Part shown: in pieces, positions 41,038 through 50,876 of the stretch | Layout: each line of letters opens with the position of its first letter | Numbering within the stretch: position 1 is the first letter of the stretch | Origin: Gemmatimonas sp. | GTDB taxonomy: Bacteria > Gemmatimonadota > Gemmatimonadetes > Gemmatimonadales > Gemmatimonadaceae | NCBI GenBank assembly: GCA_043736095.1 | Contig: JAYTDH010000230.1 | Span: 1 to 58,385 of the forward strand | Direction: 5' to 3' | Length of the DNA: 58,385 bases | The notes under the pieces: generated by a model | The model's input: only the letters and a program-made list of their open reading frames with translations | Databases searched by the model: none | Told to the model about the DNA's origin: nothing | Position numbers and translations under genes: made by a program

Positions 41038-42115
41038 TGCCCAGGGCCTCGTCGAATCGCATCGCAATCGCGTCCCAGCTGAACGCGAGCCGCTGCGCCT
41101 CGGCTTGCTTCGCTCTCAATGCCGCAGCGTATGCCGGGTCGTTCAAAATCCTCGTCACCGCAGCGCCGAACGCCTCAACATCGCCGGACGGCACAATCAC
41201 GATGCCGGCCTCGGTGAGCGGCGGTGCCGTACGCGAACCTTTCCAGGCCACGGCCGGCACGCCGCAGGCGATGGCCGCGCTCAGCGACCCACGACCCGAG
41301 GTTGCTTGCCCTCGCATGAGAATCGTCACGGTCGAGTCGGCGATGATCCGGCCGGCCTCAGCGGCAGAGACCACTCCGTGCGCCACAATCTCCGCGCCTG
41401 ACTCGACCACCAGTCCGCGCAACACGCTGCCGGCCGCTTCGCTGTTGCGGCCGCACAGCTCCACGCGCACCGATCCAACCGCCCGCAGCACATGCCGGAT
41501 CACGGCGGCCATCTCCTGCAGTTCCGCCGTCCCCCGAGGTTCGCCTGAGACGCCAAACACGGAAATCGCTCGGTCGGCCGCTGGTGCCGTGCGCATGACT
41601 GGAATGTCCACGTTCGAGCCCACCGGAATGACCCGCGCACTGCCGCGTGAGGCGCCGAGGAGCGTCTCGTCGCTTCCGGTGGTGTGCACGACACGGTCCG
41701 CGTGCTGCATCATGAAACGCATCGCACGGCGTTGCACAAACCTTCGCGCAACATCGGTTGCCTGTCGAAGCGCATCCACCCCGTCACGCCGCGGAAACAG
41801 ATCCGGATCGTGCATGATCACCGCGACTCGGCACCCTGCCCGGCGCAACGCGCGAATCACCGAGGGAACGCGCCACGGAAAGCCTCGTCGCGACCACTGG
41901 AGTGCCGTGTACTGCAGGACCACCCACTCTCCACGCCACCCCTTCGCGTCGCGGCGCAAGACGCGCACGGCGCGCGACCATCCGTCTCGCTCCCACTGCA
42001 CGCGGGCGAGGTGCGCATCGCGTCCGCGCGCACGGAGGGCGGCCGCAAGTCGCCCCGCGTAGTCCGCCACGCCGTCAGTCGGTGCGTCCGGGCGGCCCAG
42101 GAGAAGAATCGTCAC
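41030..42115 (-). CDS. Divergent GT4-like glycosyltransferase
   Basis: DGVADY, VLQYT, IPVGSN, RGSLSAAIACGVP, FSWDAIA. Confidence 0.75.
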   Translation of the reverse strand: MTILLLGRPDAPTDGVADYAGRLAAALRARGRDAHLARVQWERDGWSRAVRVLRRDAKGWRGEWVVLQYTALQWSRRGFPWRVPSVIRALRRAGCRVAVIMHDPDLFPRRDGVDALRQATDVARRFVQRRAMRFMMQHADRVVHTTGSDETLLGASRGSARVIPVGSNVDIPVMRTAPAADRAISVFGVSGEPRGTAELQEMAAVIRHVLRAVGSVRVELCGRNSEAAGSVLRGLVVESGAEIVAHGVVSAAEAGRIIADSTVTILMRGQATSGRGSLSAAIACGVPAVAWKGSRTAPPLTEAGIVIVPSGDVEAFGAAVTRILNDPAYAAALRAKQAEAQRLAFSWDAIAMRFDEALGND

Positions 42116-43098
42116 CGACGGCCAGCTTGCGCAGGGGCGCGAGCAACCAGCCTGAGCTCACGGCTCGCGGCGCGTTGCGCCTCTGCAATCATTGACACGG
42201 AGGTGAGTACGCAGAACGCGTCACGTATGTGATACAGCGTCCAGCGCGCATACGTCAACGGAGCACTCAGCAGTAGGCGCCGCCGACTCGCGATCTCCCC
42301 GACATCGTTGAGCAACAGATACGCGACCATTGCCGTCGTCGTGGGTCTCGGAAACAGCCGCCGAAATGCGGCGAGCACACCGGCGGGAGCGAACGACGGC
42401 GGGAAGCGCTCGGGATGCTTCACGAAGAGGCGAACCAGCGACGGCCAGGCGACGCACCGCCGCCGCTGCCACGCGCGGTATCCTTCTCGCGCGTGCACCG
42501 CGTGCGTACACAACATGGCCGGCACGTAGACAATCGGGCCCACCGTCGAGGCAAGCCGATACGCGAGGTCATAGTCCTCGGCAATTGCACTCGGAAATCG
42601 CTCGTCGAAGCCTTCCACGGCTTCGAGTGCGGTGCGCCAGTATGCGACGTTGCACGTGTGGCCGGAGCCACCGCCGGCAATCAGCAGCGTGCGTGCGAGC
42701 GGGTCTGCGGCGGCGGCTTCATCAGTCGGTCGCACCTGACCCTCCACGCCCGCCACCGCCCTTCCGTGGCCCGCCAGTGCCGCGGCCGCCTCCGCGAGGA
42801 GCGTCGGATCGGGAATCACATCGTCGTCAATGAACAGCACCGCCTCGTGTAACGCGGCGCGCCATCCCGTGTTGCGCGCCGCCGCCGGACCGCGGGACTG
42901 CGCATGGGAAAGCCAGCGCACCGTGAGTCCGCTGGCCACCGGCGAATTGTCAGACGCGTCTCCATCTCGCACGACAACCACCTCGAACTGCGCGCGCGGG
43001 AACGATTGCGCCGCCAATCCCGCGAGACAGCGCGCGAGATGCTCCGGCCGACCGCGCGTCGGAATCACGACCGACAGTGTAATCGGTGACGAACTCAT
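42112..43098 (-). CDS. GT2 glycosyltransferase
   Basis: SVVIPT, GPAAARN, FIDDD, GFDERF, EDYDL. Confidence 0.9.
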   Translation of the reverse strand: MSSSPITLSVVIPTRGRPEHLARCLAGLAAQSFPRAQFEVVVVRDGDASDNSPVASGLTVRWLSHAQSRGPAAARNTGWRAALHEAVLFIDDDVIPDPTLLAEAAAALAGHGRAVAGVEGQVRPTDEAAAADPLARTLLIAGGGSGHTCNVAYWRTALEAVEGFDERFPSAIAEDYDLAYRLASTVGPIVYVPAMLCTHAVHAREGYRAWQRRRCVAWPSLVRLFVKHPERFPPSFAPAGVLAAFRRLFPRPTTTAMVAYLLLNDVGEIASRRRLLLSAPLTYARWTLYHIRDAFCVLTSVSMIAEAQRAASRELRLVARAPAQAGRR

Positions 43099-44252
43099 CG
43101 CGTGCGCCGCGAAGTCGCGTCATCCATGGCGACGCTCGTCGTGTTTTTCATGGCGCCCACTGTTTCGTACATCGCCACGTAGGCAGGCGCCAGCACGGAC
43201 CAGTCGAAGCGCTCACACACGACCGCGCGGTTCGCGTCGGCAACCGCGATGCACCGCTTGGGCGCGGCTCGCAATTCGCTTAGCCGCGCGGACAATGCGC
43301 CCTCTGCCGCCATGTCCACAAACGACGCGTCATGCGCAAGAAGTCCGCGAAAGTGGGGTCCATCATGCACCACCACGGGGGTTCCGGCCGCCGCCGCTTC
43401 GATTGCCGCGAGACCAAACCCCTCTCGCAGACTCGGCAGGGCCATGACATCGGCAAGCCAGTACAGGTCCCGCACGCGATCCGGCGCGACCGTTGTGAAT
43501 GTGTGCCTTCCGGGCAGGAGTTCTGCTGCGAGTTGGCGCAGCCTCTCTGTCTCGGGCCCTTCCTGCCCAGCCAGCAGGAGAAATGCATTCGGCACGTCGA
43601 GTTGCGCCACCTCGCGCACGAGCCAGTCGGCGCGTTTCTCAGTCGTCGCCAGTGCCATCACACCGAGCACGACCCAGGCACTCACGGGAATCCCATGTGC
43701 CGCGCGACCCAACTTGCGATCGTATTCGGTGGGTCGCGCAAAGTGCGCGCACTCCACGCCGTGCGGAATGTGAAACACGCGTTCGGGCTCAATCCCATAT
43801 GCCATCGCTTCGTCGTACTGCTGGCGAGTGAGCACCTGGATGGCGTCGGCGCGCGCGTAATGTGCCGGCGTGTGCGCACCGCCGTTCGCAAAGAGTAGCG
43901 TGAATCGAAGTCCGAGCCAGCGACGTAAGCGAATCAACGCGCCCGTGAGGGCTGCATCCTGGTAGTGCACAATGCGCACGCCTTGTCCCGCGATGATCGG
44001 CACGGCGCCGAGAGCGAACGACTGTTGCTCCCAGCGGTGCGCCTGAACGCTGTCCCCGGTGAGACCCCAGCGCAGACTGGTGGAACGCGGAAGGTTCGGA
44101 ACAACAAACTCCCCGCTGCGTGACGTGCCTCCGCCCTTCAAGAGCACCATCTCGGTCTGCGAGCGGAGCGCCGTGAAGAGGCCGGCCGCAAAGGCTTCAT
44201 ATCCGCGGTGGACGCGTCCAAGCCCCGTGCACGCCACGCCGATGCGTGCCAT
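43095..44252 (-). CDS. GT4 glycosyltransferase
   Basis: GRVHRGYEAF, IPHGV, EGFGLAAIEA, FDW. Confidence 0.88.
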   Translation of the reverse strand: MARIGVACTGLGRVHRGYEAFAAGLFTALRSQTEMVLLKGGGTSRSGEFVVPNLPRSTSLRWGLTGDSVQAHRWEQQSFALGAVPIIAGQGVRIVHYQDAALTGALIRLRRWLGLRFTLLFANGGAHTPAHYARADAIQVLTRQQYDEAMAYGIEPERVFHIPHGVECAHFARPTEYDRKLGRAAHGIPVSAWVVLGVMALATTEKRADWLVREVAQLDVPNAFLLLAGQEGPETERLRQLAAELLPGRHTFTTVAPDRVRDLYWLADVMALPSLREGFGLAAIEAAAAGTPVVVHDGPHFRGLLAHDASFVDMAAEGALSARLSELRAAPKRCIAVADANRAVVCERFDWSVLAPAYVAMYETVGAMKNTTSVAMDDATSRRTR

Positions 44253-44253
44253 T

Positions 44254-45456
44254 TCAGTCTGTCGCCTCAAGTGCATCCAGATACGCCCGTTCCAGCTGCT
44301 GCGCGATGCGGTCCCATCCAAGGACCGCACCCACCACGGATGCGTCCACCGACGCAGCCACCGACGGCAGCGGCCGCACACCAGCGACCGCCGCAGCAAA
44401 CGTATTGCGAAATGACGCCGCGCCGACCGGTGCGAGGTGCACCCATGGCCAGTCGCGTGCGAGGGTGGCGCACTCGCCGACATCCGACATCACCACCGGC
44501 ACGCCGGCGCCGAGGTATTCCGCAAACTTGATGGGGAAACGGCTCTGATTGAACGGGTTGTCGTCGAGTGGAAGGAGGCCGATATCGAGCGCCGACGCGA
44601 AGTCTCGAGCGCGCTCGGGCGACAGCACGCCGAGGTAGTCGACTCGGCTGCGGATCTGGCGACAGGTCGCGTCAATCACTTCCGGTGGCGGCCCGCAAAC
44701 CGCGAGCCGTAACGAGGGCTCGCCTTCCATCAGCGCCTGGACCGCATCGGCACACCACGCCAGTTCCGATGCGGTCCGACCCATGAATCCGGCGTAGATG
44801 GCGTCGGCTTCAAGGCCGAGGCCGCGACGGCGCTCCCGCTTGGCTTCGACGATGGAATCGTCGATCGTCATGGGAGCTGATGGCCAGAATCCGTTCGGAA
44901 CGACGCGCACGTGCGGCGCGCCGCGAGCTGTCGCGAGGTCCCCGAGAAATGTGCTACAGGTGGTGACCATCGCCGCATCGCGCGGCATCGTCCGTTCGAG
45001 CAGGCGCGTCGATTTGCCCATCCACCACGACGCGACTCCATCTGGCGGACCGGAAATCGCCCCTCCCCACCAGAGATCGTCCCAGTCGAACACGCGGATA
45101 CGTGCTCCGCGCGACGCATACCATGGCGCAGCCACTTCGAGGAATGGCTGAAACGCATGGAGCACCTCGCCGCGCGGAATTCCGGCCGCCACGCGACGGA
45201 GCGCCGTCACTGGGTGCGATGCCGACCCGAAGTACTGAAGACCGCGGCACTCAGGCAAGAGGTGGTAGGGCACACCATCCAGGTGCTCAACGCGTGGACG
45301 CGACGTGGAATCGACATCAACCGCGTACACGGTGACATCGTGCCCCCAGTGGCGAAGGCCTCGGGCAAGATTGTGCACGCGAAAGTACGTCCCCGCCTCA
45401 ACGGAGTATCCGGCGAAGAATCGAATCGTGAGACCTTCGCGTGGCGCTGCGGTCAC
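44254..45456 (-). CDS. GT4 glycosyltransferase
   Basis: GTYFR, DWDD, SRFPIKFAEYLGAGVPVV. Confidence 0.85.
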   Translation of the reverse strand: MTAAPREGLTIRFFAGYSVEAGTYFRVHNLARGLRHWGHDVTVYAVDVDSTSRPRVEHLDGVPYHLLPECRGLQYFGSASHPVTALRRVAAGIPRGEVLHAFQPFLEVAAPWYASRGARIRVFDWDDLWWGGAISGPPDGVASWWMGKSTRLLERTMPRDAAMVTTCSTFLGDLATARGAPHVRVVPNGFWPSAPMTIDDSIVEAKRERRRGLGLEADAIYAGFMGRTASELAWCADAVQALMEGEPSLRLAVCGPPPEVIDATCRQIRSRVDYLGVLSPERARDFASALDIGLLPLDDNPFNQSRFPIKFAEYLGAGVPVVMSDVGECATLARDWPWVHLAPVGAASFRNTFAAAVAGVRPLPSVAASVDASVVGAVLGWDRIAQQLERAYLDALEATD

Positions 45457-46664
45457 GTGATTGTCGTCACCGTCACCGCGCCGTCGACGTTCAGTACGGA
45501 ACGCTCGGCTCCGCGACGACCTCCTGCGCGATCCGGCACCTCAAGATGCAAATCGGGGGTCATCCACCACACGGCCCACTCCTCTCCGTCAAACAGACCA
45601 GCCTGAAGCCGATAGGTCCCAGCGTGCAGGGGAAGCGACGCGATGTCGTGCCGGATGCGGTACCGCCCCGGAGCCATCCCGCTCAGCTCCGCGGACAGTG
45701 CGCAGACCGATCGCCGCGCACCGTCGTAGAGCGTCACGCCGTACTCGCCGCGTGCAATCGGCTGGGCAATATCCACCAGCATCTCGAGCCGCACCGGCCC
45801 ATCCGAAGTGAGCGTGTGGCGTCCATGGGGACCAGCATCGACAAGTTCCCATGACACGAATCGCACCGCCGCCCCACCCGTGTCCAATGACGCCGGGGGA
45901 GCAGACGCCCTCTCGTCGGCTGCCACTTGGTACGCAGCGAGGACGTCAGCCGTCCCCGCGTCGAGCCGCACACGTCCTTCGTCGAGCCAGATGCAACGTG
46001 CGCAGATCCGAGACAGATGCTGCGTCTGGTGCGTCACCAGCATCACCGTACGTCCGCTGCGGGAGACCTCCTCGATCCGCTGGAGACAGCGGCGCTGAAA
46101 CTCCAGGTCGCCGACCGCAAGCGCTTCATCAACCAACATCACCTCCGGCTCGAGATGCGCCGCCACGGCGAAGGCCAGACGCATCTGCATGCCCGTGGAA
46201 TAGCGTTTCAACGGCACATCGATGAATTGTCCGACGCCGGAGAACTCAACGATCTCGTCCATGCGAAGTGCGATGTCCGATCGGCTCATCCCCAGCACCG
46301 CTCCGGCGAACGCAACGTTCTCGAGGCCGGAGAGTTCAGGGTGAAATGCGGTGCCCACTTCGAGCAGGCTCGCCACTCGGCCGCGCAACGATACAGTGCC
46401 CTCGGTGGGGCGCGTGATGCGCGAGAGCACTCGCAACAGGCTGGTCTTGCCCGCTCCGTTGCGGCCGATGACAGCAACCGCTTCCCCTGCGCGGATGTCG
46501 AACGACACGTCGCGCAACGCCCACAGCGTTCGCTCCGCATCCGATGCCCGCTCTTTCTCCCCAAATCCGCTCATCAGCGCGTCCCGCAGCGTGCGATACG
46601 CATTCCGCGACCTGAGGCGGTAGCGCTTGCCGAGCCCTTCGGCGCGGATGGCGCTAGAGAACAT
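45453..46664 (-). CDS. wzt: Polysaccharide ABC exporter ATPase with C-terminal Wzt_C domain
   Basis: GRNGAGKT, LLEVGTAFHPELSG, YSTGMQMRLAF, VDEALAVGD. Confidence 0.93.
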   Translation of the reverse strand: MFSSAIRAEGLGKRYRLRSRNAYRTLRDALMSGFGEKERASDAERTLWALRDVSFDIRAGEAVAVIGRNGAGKTSLLRVLSRITRPTEGTVSLRGRVASLLEVGTAFHPELSGLENVAFAGAVLGMSRSDIALRMDEIVEFSGVGQFIDVPLKRYSTGMQMRLAFAVAAHLEPEVMLVDEALAVGDLEFQRRCLQRIEEVSRSGRTVMLVTHQTQHLSRICARCIWLDEGRVRLDAGTADVLAAYQVAADERASAPPASLDTGGAAVRFVSWELVDAGPHGRHTLTSDGPVRLEMLVDIAQPIARGEYGVTLYDGARRSVCALSAELSGMAPGRYRIRHDIASLPLHAGTYRLQAGLFDGEEWAVWWMTPDLHLEVPDRAGGRRGAERSVLNVDGAVTVTTIT

Positions 46665-47508
46665 CGGCCAGCGTCCCCTCAACGCGTTGGAAGAACGCGA
46701 GTCCACCGGCGAGCAGCCCAAGCGTCACCACTGCCGAGACGGCAACCGAGACCGGCGGCCACGGACTCGTCCCCACAAGGCACCAGCGAAATGCTTCAAT
46801 CACCCCGACCATCGGGTTAAGCGCATAGAGCGTGCGCCACGCCTCGGGAACGAGGCTCGCCGGATACACCACGGGAGACGCGAACATCAGCAACTGCATC
46901 ACGAACGGCACGGCGTGGCGCACGTCGCGGAAATAGGCGTTGGCCGCGGACAGCCACAGTCCCGCCGCAAAGGCGACGAACACCGCGTGCGCAATGACAA
47001 ACGGGACGAGCCAGGTTGTCGCCGCCAGCGGAATGCCGTAGACGGCGAGCGCGCCGCCAAGGAGCACCGCGGCGATTGCCATGTCCACGAGCGGAATCAG
47101 CACCGCGGCCATCGGCAGGAGCACTCGCGGGAAATACACCTTGGTGATCAGGTGCTGGTTGTCCGCGAGCGAGCCGGTGGCCCCAATCAGCGCCGCCGAG
47201 AAGTAGGTCCACGGCAGCAGCGTGGTGAGAAAGAACACCGGACGCGGCAGCCCGTCCGAGGGAAACCCCGCGAGGCGTCCGAAGATGATCGCAAACACCA
47301 ACGCGAGCGCGCCGGGCTGCAACACCGCCCAAGCTGCGCCGATCGCGGTCTGCTTGTAGCGGACTTTGACGGCGCGCCACACCAGAAAATAGAGCAGCCG
47401 GCGGTGCCGCCAGACTTCCACGGCCATTTGCTGGGCATTGAAATCATCCGCGCGAATGACGCGGAGCGTGTCAGCCTGCGGATGCACCACGCCTACATTG
47501 GCATTCAT
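46654..47508 (-). CDS. wzm: Polysaccharide ABC exporter permease
   Basis: VRYKQTAIGAAWAVLQP, LITKVYFPR, FRDV, LNPM. Confidence 0.93.
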   Translation of the reverse strand: MNANVGVVHPQADTLRVIRADDFNAQQMAVEVWRHRRLLYFLVWRAVKVRYKQTAIGAAWAVLQPGALALVFAIIFGRLAGFPSDGLPRPVFFLTTLLPWTYFSAALIGATGSLADNQHLITKVYFPRVLLPMAAVLIPLVDMAIAAVLLGGALAVYGIPLAATTWLVPFVIAHAVFVAFAAGLWLSAANAYFRDVRHAVPFVMQLLMFASPVVYPASLVPEAWRTLYALNPMVGVIEAFRWCLVGTSPWPPVSVAVSAVVTLGLLAGGLAFFQRVEGTLADVL

Positions 47509-47586
47509 TGTTCCTCAGCTGGAGTCTAAATTGACCCACCGCGCCGAGAGGCGTCAATGGCTGGTGCGCCCCTCCTGATGCACCGT

Positions 47587-48474
47587 TCAGCGACGTCCCG
47601 CAATCACCACGCGCCGTGCCCCGCGACGGAGGGCGAGCAGCAGTCGCAGAAGCAGCGCAACCGCGAGCCCGTGGTGTTTCCGCACGAAATGCAGCTGACT
47701 CTGCTCCCACTGGCGGCGCAGCACATGCGCATCGGATGGAACGCTCTGTCCACCATGATGGAGCGCCTTCGCCGTCGGCACGTACACAATGCGCCACCCG
47801 GCCTGCCGCACCCGAATGCACAGATCGAGGTCTTCGTAGGAGTACGGTAGGCCCTCGTCGAGCACGCCGACCCGCTCCATCACGCGCCGGGGCATCATCG
47901 CACAGGCACCACAGACCTCTCCCACATCCTGCACCCGCTCGTAGTCGCGTGGCGTCGCGTGCCACCGAAGCGTGCGTCGCACACCAAAGCGCGCCAACGG
48001 CAAGGCATCGAGGAGAAAATCGGAGGCCGCCGGCAACGGATTGCCGGAGGGTTGGAGCGAACCATCCGTGTTCCGCAACTGCGCGCCCGCCATGCCGACA
48101 TCAGGATGCTGGTCGAGAAACGTCGCCAGCGTCGCCATCGCTCCCGCGTACAGTTCCGTATCCGGGTTCAGGAACAGCAGATGCCGGCCTTCAGCACGTG
48201 CTAGCCCTTGGTTGTCGGCAGGAGCAAGCCAGCGGTTTTCCGCGTTGCGAATCAGGACCACCGATGGGAACTCTTGCGCCACCATGTCCGCACTGCCGTC
48301 CGTGGACGCGTTGTCCACCACAATCACCTCAACGCGGAGTGCTCCGTTCGTGTCGAGGACGGACCGGACGCAGGCGTTGAGCAGCGCGCGGCCGTTGTAA
48401 TTGACAATCACCACGCTGACGTCCGGCGCCCGCGCCTCCAGCCCTTCCCCCTCTGGTGCAAGATCGTTCGTCAC
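47587..48474 (-). CDS. GT2 glycosyltransferase (rhamnosyltransferase-like)
   Basis: VIVNYN, VDNASTDGS, LNPDT, YEDLDLC. Confidence 0.9.
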   Translation of the reverse strand: MTNDLAPEGEGLEARAPDVSVVIVNYNGRALLNACVRSVLDTNGALRVEVIVVDNASTDGSADMVAQEFPSVVLIRNAENRWLAPADNQGLARAEGRHLLFLNPDTELYAGAMATLATFLDQHPDVGMAGAQLRNTDGSLQPSGNPLPAASDFLLDALPLARFGVRRTLRWHATPRDYERVQDVGEVCGACAMMPRRVMERVGVLDEGLPYSYEDLDLCIRVRQAGWRIVYVPTAKALHHGGQSVPSDAHVLRRQWEQSQLHFVRKHHGLAVALLLRLLLALRRGARRVVIAGRR

Positions 48475-49748
48475 GAGTCGCGCGTCGTCGGACCGGTCGG
48501 TGAGGTCGCCGCAAGGCCATCACGATCCCACGACATCAGGCCAACGCTCGGCACGTATTCAATGAATGACCCGCCCGCGGCGCGGAACCCCTGTTCCTTG
48601 GCGACAATCTCCGCGCTGTGGTTCCAGGCGAAGAGCACCGCATGATCCGGATAGCGCGCGTGAAATCCATCGGGTGGCACCACGGGGATATGCATTCCGG
48701 GGCTGAATGTGCCCTGCTTGCCAGGCGTGGTATCGCTGATGTACTCGATGTCGTCGGGACCGAGGCCACAGAAGTTCGTCACGGTCGTGCTCTTGGCAGT
48801 GGCACCGTAACCGGTGACGCGCCGATTGGCACGCTTGAGATCCCCGAGCAAACTGCGCAGCGCATCCCGCGAGTGCAGAATGCGTCCGGCGAACGCCTCA
48901 TATGTCGCGGGCTGCTGAAGGCCGGAATCACGCTCGCGCGCCCGCAAGTCTTCCACGGCTTGGGACACCCCGCGCTGTCCCCGGCGCGCCACCACGTAGC
49001 GCATTGACCCGCCGTGGGTGGGTTGCGCGGCGACATCCACAACCTCCAGCTCATGGCGCGCAAAGAGCGACGTCAGTGCCAGGAGCGAGAAATAGTAGCC
49101 GTGTTCGGCGTAGAACTGGTCGTAGGCGGTATTCGCTACGATGCTGCCGAGGTACGGCTCCTCAATCACGAAGACGCCGCGCTCCGACAACAGGTTGCAC
49201 ACGCCGCGAGCCAGCGTGTGCAAATCGGGCACATGCGTAATCACGTTTGCGCTCACGATCACATCGGCAGGACCGAAGTCCCGCCTGATATCGCTCCCCG
49301 CCTCTTCGTCAAAGAAGCGGCAGAGGGTCTGAACGCCCTTCGCACGCGCCACGGCACAAACGTTCTCAGAGGGGTCTACCCCCAGATGCCGAACGCCGGC
49401 CGCCGAAAAGTGCCGGCAGGCGATTCCGTCGTTGCTCCCAATCTCCACGATGAAGGGGTCATCACCGGAGGCGTGCTCACGCAACACCTGCTCCGCATAC
49501 GACGTGAAATGGCGCACCATCCCGGCAGAGAGCGATGAGAAATACGCGTAGTCCGGATGAAAGAGCCGGTCGCGATCAACCTGCTCGGTGAGCTGCACCA
49601 TTCCACACGCTGGGCAGAACGCCACCGCAAGATTGAAGAAGAACTCCTCCGCGAATGCGTCGCGGCGCAGGAATGCGTTTGCGACCGGCATTCGTCCGAG
49701 CGAAATGAACAGTGCGATGCTCTGGGAACAGACGCGGCACGCGGGCAT
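48471..49748 (-). CDS. NDP-hexose C-methyltransferase (NovU/TylC3/EryBIII-like)
   Basis: CRVC, LGRMPVANAF, CPACGMVQL, EIGSNDG, YDQFYAEH, THGGSMR, GYGATAK, PGMHIPV, LFAWN. Confidence 0.9.
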   Translation of the reverse strand: MPACRVCSQSIALFISLGRMPVANAFLRRDAFAEEFFFNLAVAFCPACGMVQLTEQVDRDRLFHPDYAYFSSLSAGMVRHFTSYAEQVLREHASGDDPFIVEIGSNDGIACRHFSAAGVRHLGVDPSENVCAVARAKGVQTLCRFFDEEAGSDIRRDFGPADVIVSANVITHVPDLHTLARGVCNLLSERGVFVIEEPYLGSIVANTAYDQFYAEHGYYFSLLALTSLFARHELEVVDVAAQPTHGGSMRYVVARRGQRGVSQAVEDLRARERDSGLQQPATYEAFAGRILHSRDALRSLLGDLKRANRRVTGYGATAKSTTVTNFCGLGPDDIEYISDTTPGKQGTFSPGMHIPVVPPDGFHARYPDHAVLFAWNHSAEIVAKEQGFRAAGGSFIEYVPSVGLMSWDRDGLAATSPTGPTTRDS

Positions 49749-49895
49749 GGCGAAGCGTGCACCGACGACAGGCAGGGTGTCAACTGCCGGCGTAGCGACC
49801 CTCCGCGGCGGCGGCGCTTGCTCTGGCAATGGCCCGTCTTTGTTGGTACGATTCCAAATTGGTGCGCCCCCACACCGTTCTCGAATCCTGGCGAG

Positions 49896-50873
49896 ATGCG
49901 TTATCTAATCACGGGCGGGGCCGGATTCATCGGATCCCACCTCGCAGAGCACCTCCTCAGTCGTGGTGATCGCGTGACGGTAGTTGACGACCTCTCCACT
50001 GGGTCGCTCCAGAACGTCCGGCATCTCGAACATCATCACGCCTTTCGTCTCGTTGCGGAATCGATGGCGAACCCCTCGTTGCTCGAGCGGCTCGTGCGGG
50101 ACTGCGATCAAGTGTTCCACCTCGCCGCGGCCGTGGGCGTTCAGCTCGTCGTCACGAGCCCGGTGCACACCATTGAGACGAACGTCGGCTGCACGTCGGT
50201 CCTGCTCGACGTCGCGGGAGCGTTCGGGACCCCTGTGTTCATCGCGTCCACGTCCGAGGTATACGGCAAGAGCACGGCCGTTCCATTTCGCGAGGACGGC
50301 GACATCGTGATGGGCGCCACCTCGCGCGCGCGCTGGAGCTATGCCTGCTCCAAGGCACTCGATGAGTTTCTGGCCGTGGCGTATTGGCGTGAGCGGCAGT
50401 TGCCCGTGGTGATCGCCCGCTTCTTCAACACAATTGGACCTCGCCAGACGGGTCGGTACGGCATGGTCGTTCCGCGCTTCGTAGAACAGGCGCTCAAGAA
50501 TGAGCCGCTCACCGTCTACGGCGACGGAACCCAAACACGGTGCTTTACCCACGTGCGCGATGCCGTTCGTGCGGCCATCGCCCTGATGGACGCCACGGAT
50601 ACGGCGGGGGAGGTCTTCAACGTTGGCGGCACGGAGGAGATCTCCATGACGGAACTGGCGCAACGCGTCATCGCGCTGACCGAGTCTTCGTCGTCCGTCC
50701 GGTACGTGCCGTTCAACGAAGCGTACGGCGAGGGGTTTGAAGACATGCCGCGGCGCGTGCCCGCACTCGAAAAGATTCGGGCGGCAATCGGCTACGCGCC
50801 CGCGTACAACCTCGACGCGACGCTCCGCTCCGTCATTGAGCATGCGCAGACCCGCTCTGCTGCGGTTGCGTAG
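49896..50873 (+). CDS. NAD-dependent epimerase/dehydratase (extended SDR)
   Basis: ITGGAGFIGSH, HLAAAVGV, STSEVYGK, RWSYACSK, FFNTIGPRQ. Confidence 0.93.
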   Translation: MRYLITGGAGFIGSHLAEHLLSRGDRVTVVDDLSTGSLQNVRHLEHHHAFRLVAESMANPSLLERLVRDCDQVFHLAAAVGVQLVVTSPVHTIETNVGCTSVLLDVAGAFGTPVFIASTSEVYGKSTAVPFREDGDIVMGATSRARWSYACSKALDEFLAVAYWRERQLPVVIARFFNTIGPRQTGRYGMVVPRFVEQALKNEPLTVYGDGTQTRCFTHVRDAVRAAIALMDATDTAGEVFNVGGTEEISMTELAQRVIALTESSSSVRYVPFNEAYGEGFEDMPRRVPALEKIRAAIGYAPAYNLDATLRSVIEHAQTRSAAVA

Positions 50874-50876
50874 GCC

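Noticed and set aside
49750-49895. ops/JUMPstart or sigma54 site in the divergent glycan promoter
   Set aside because: Only partial matches (GGCGTAGCG; TGGTACG without a correctly spaced TTGC).
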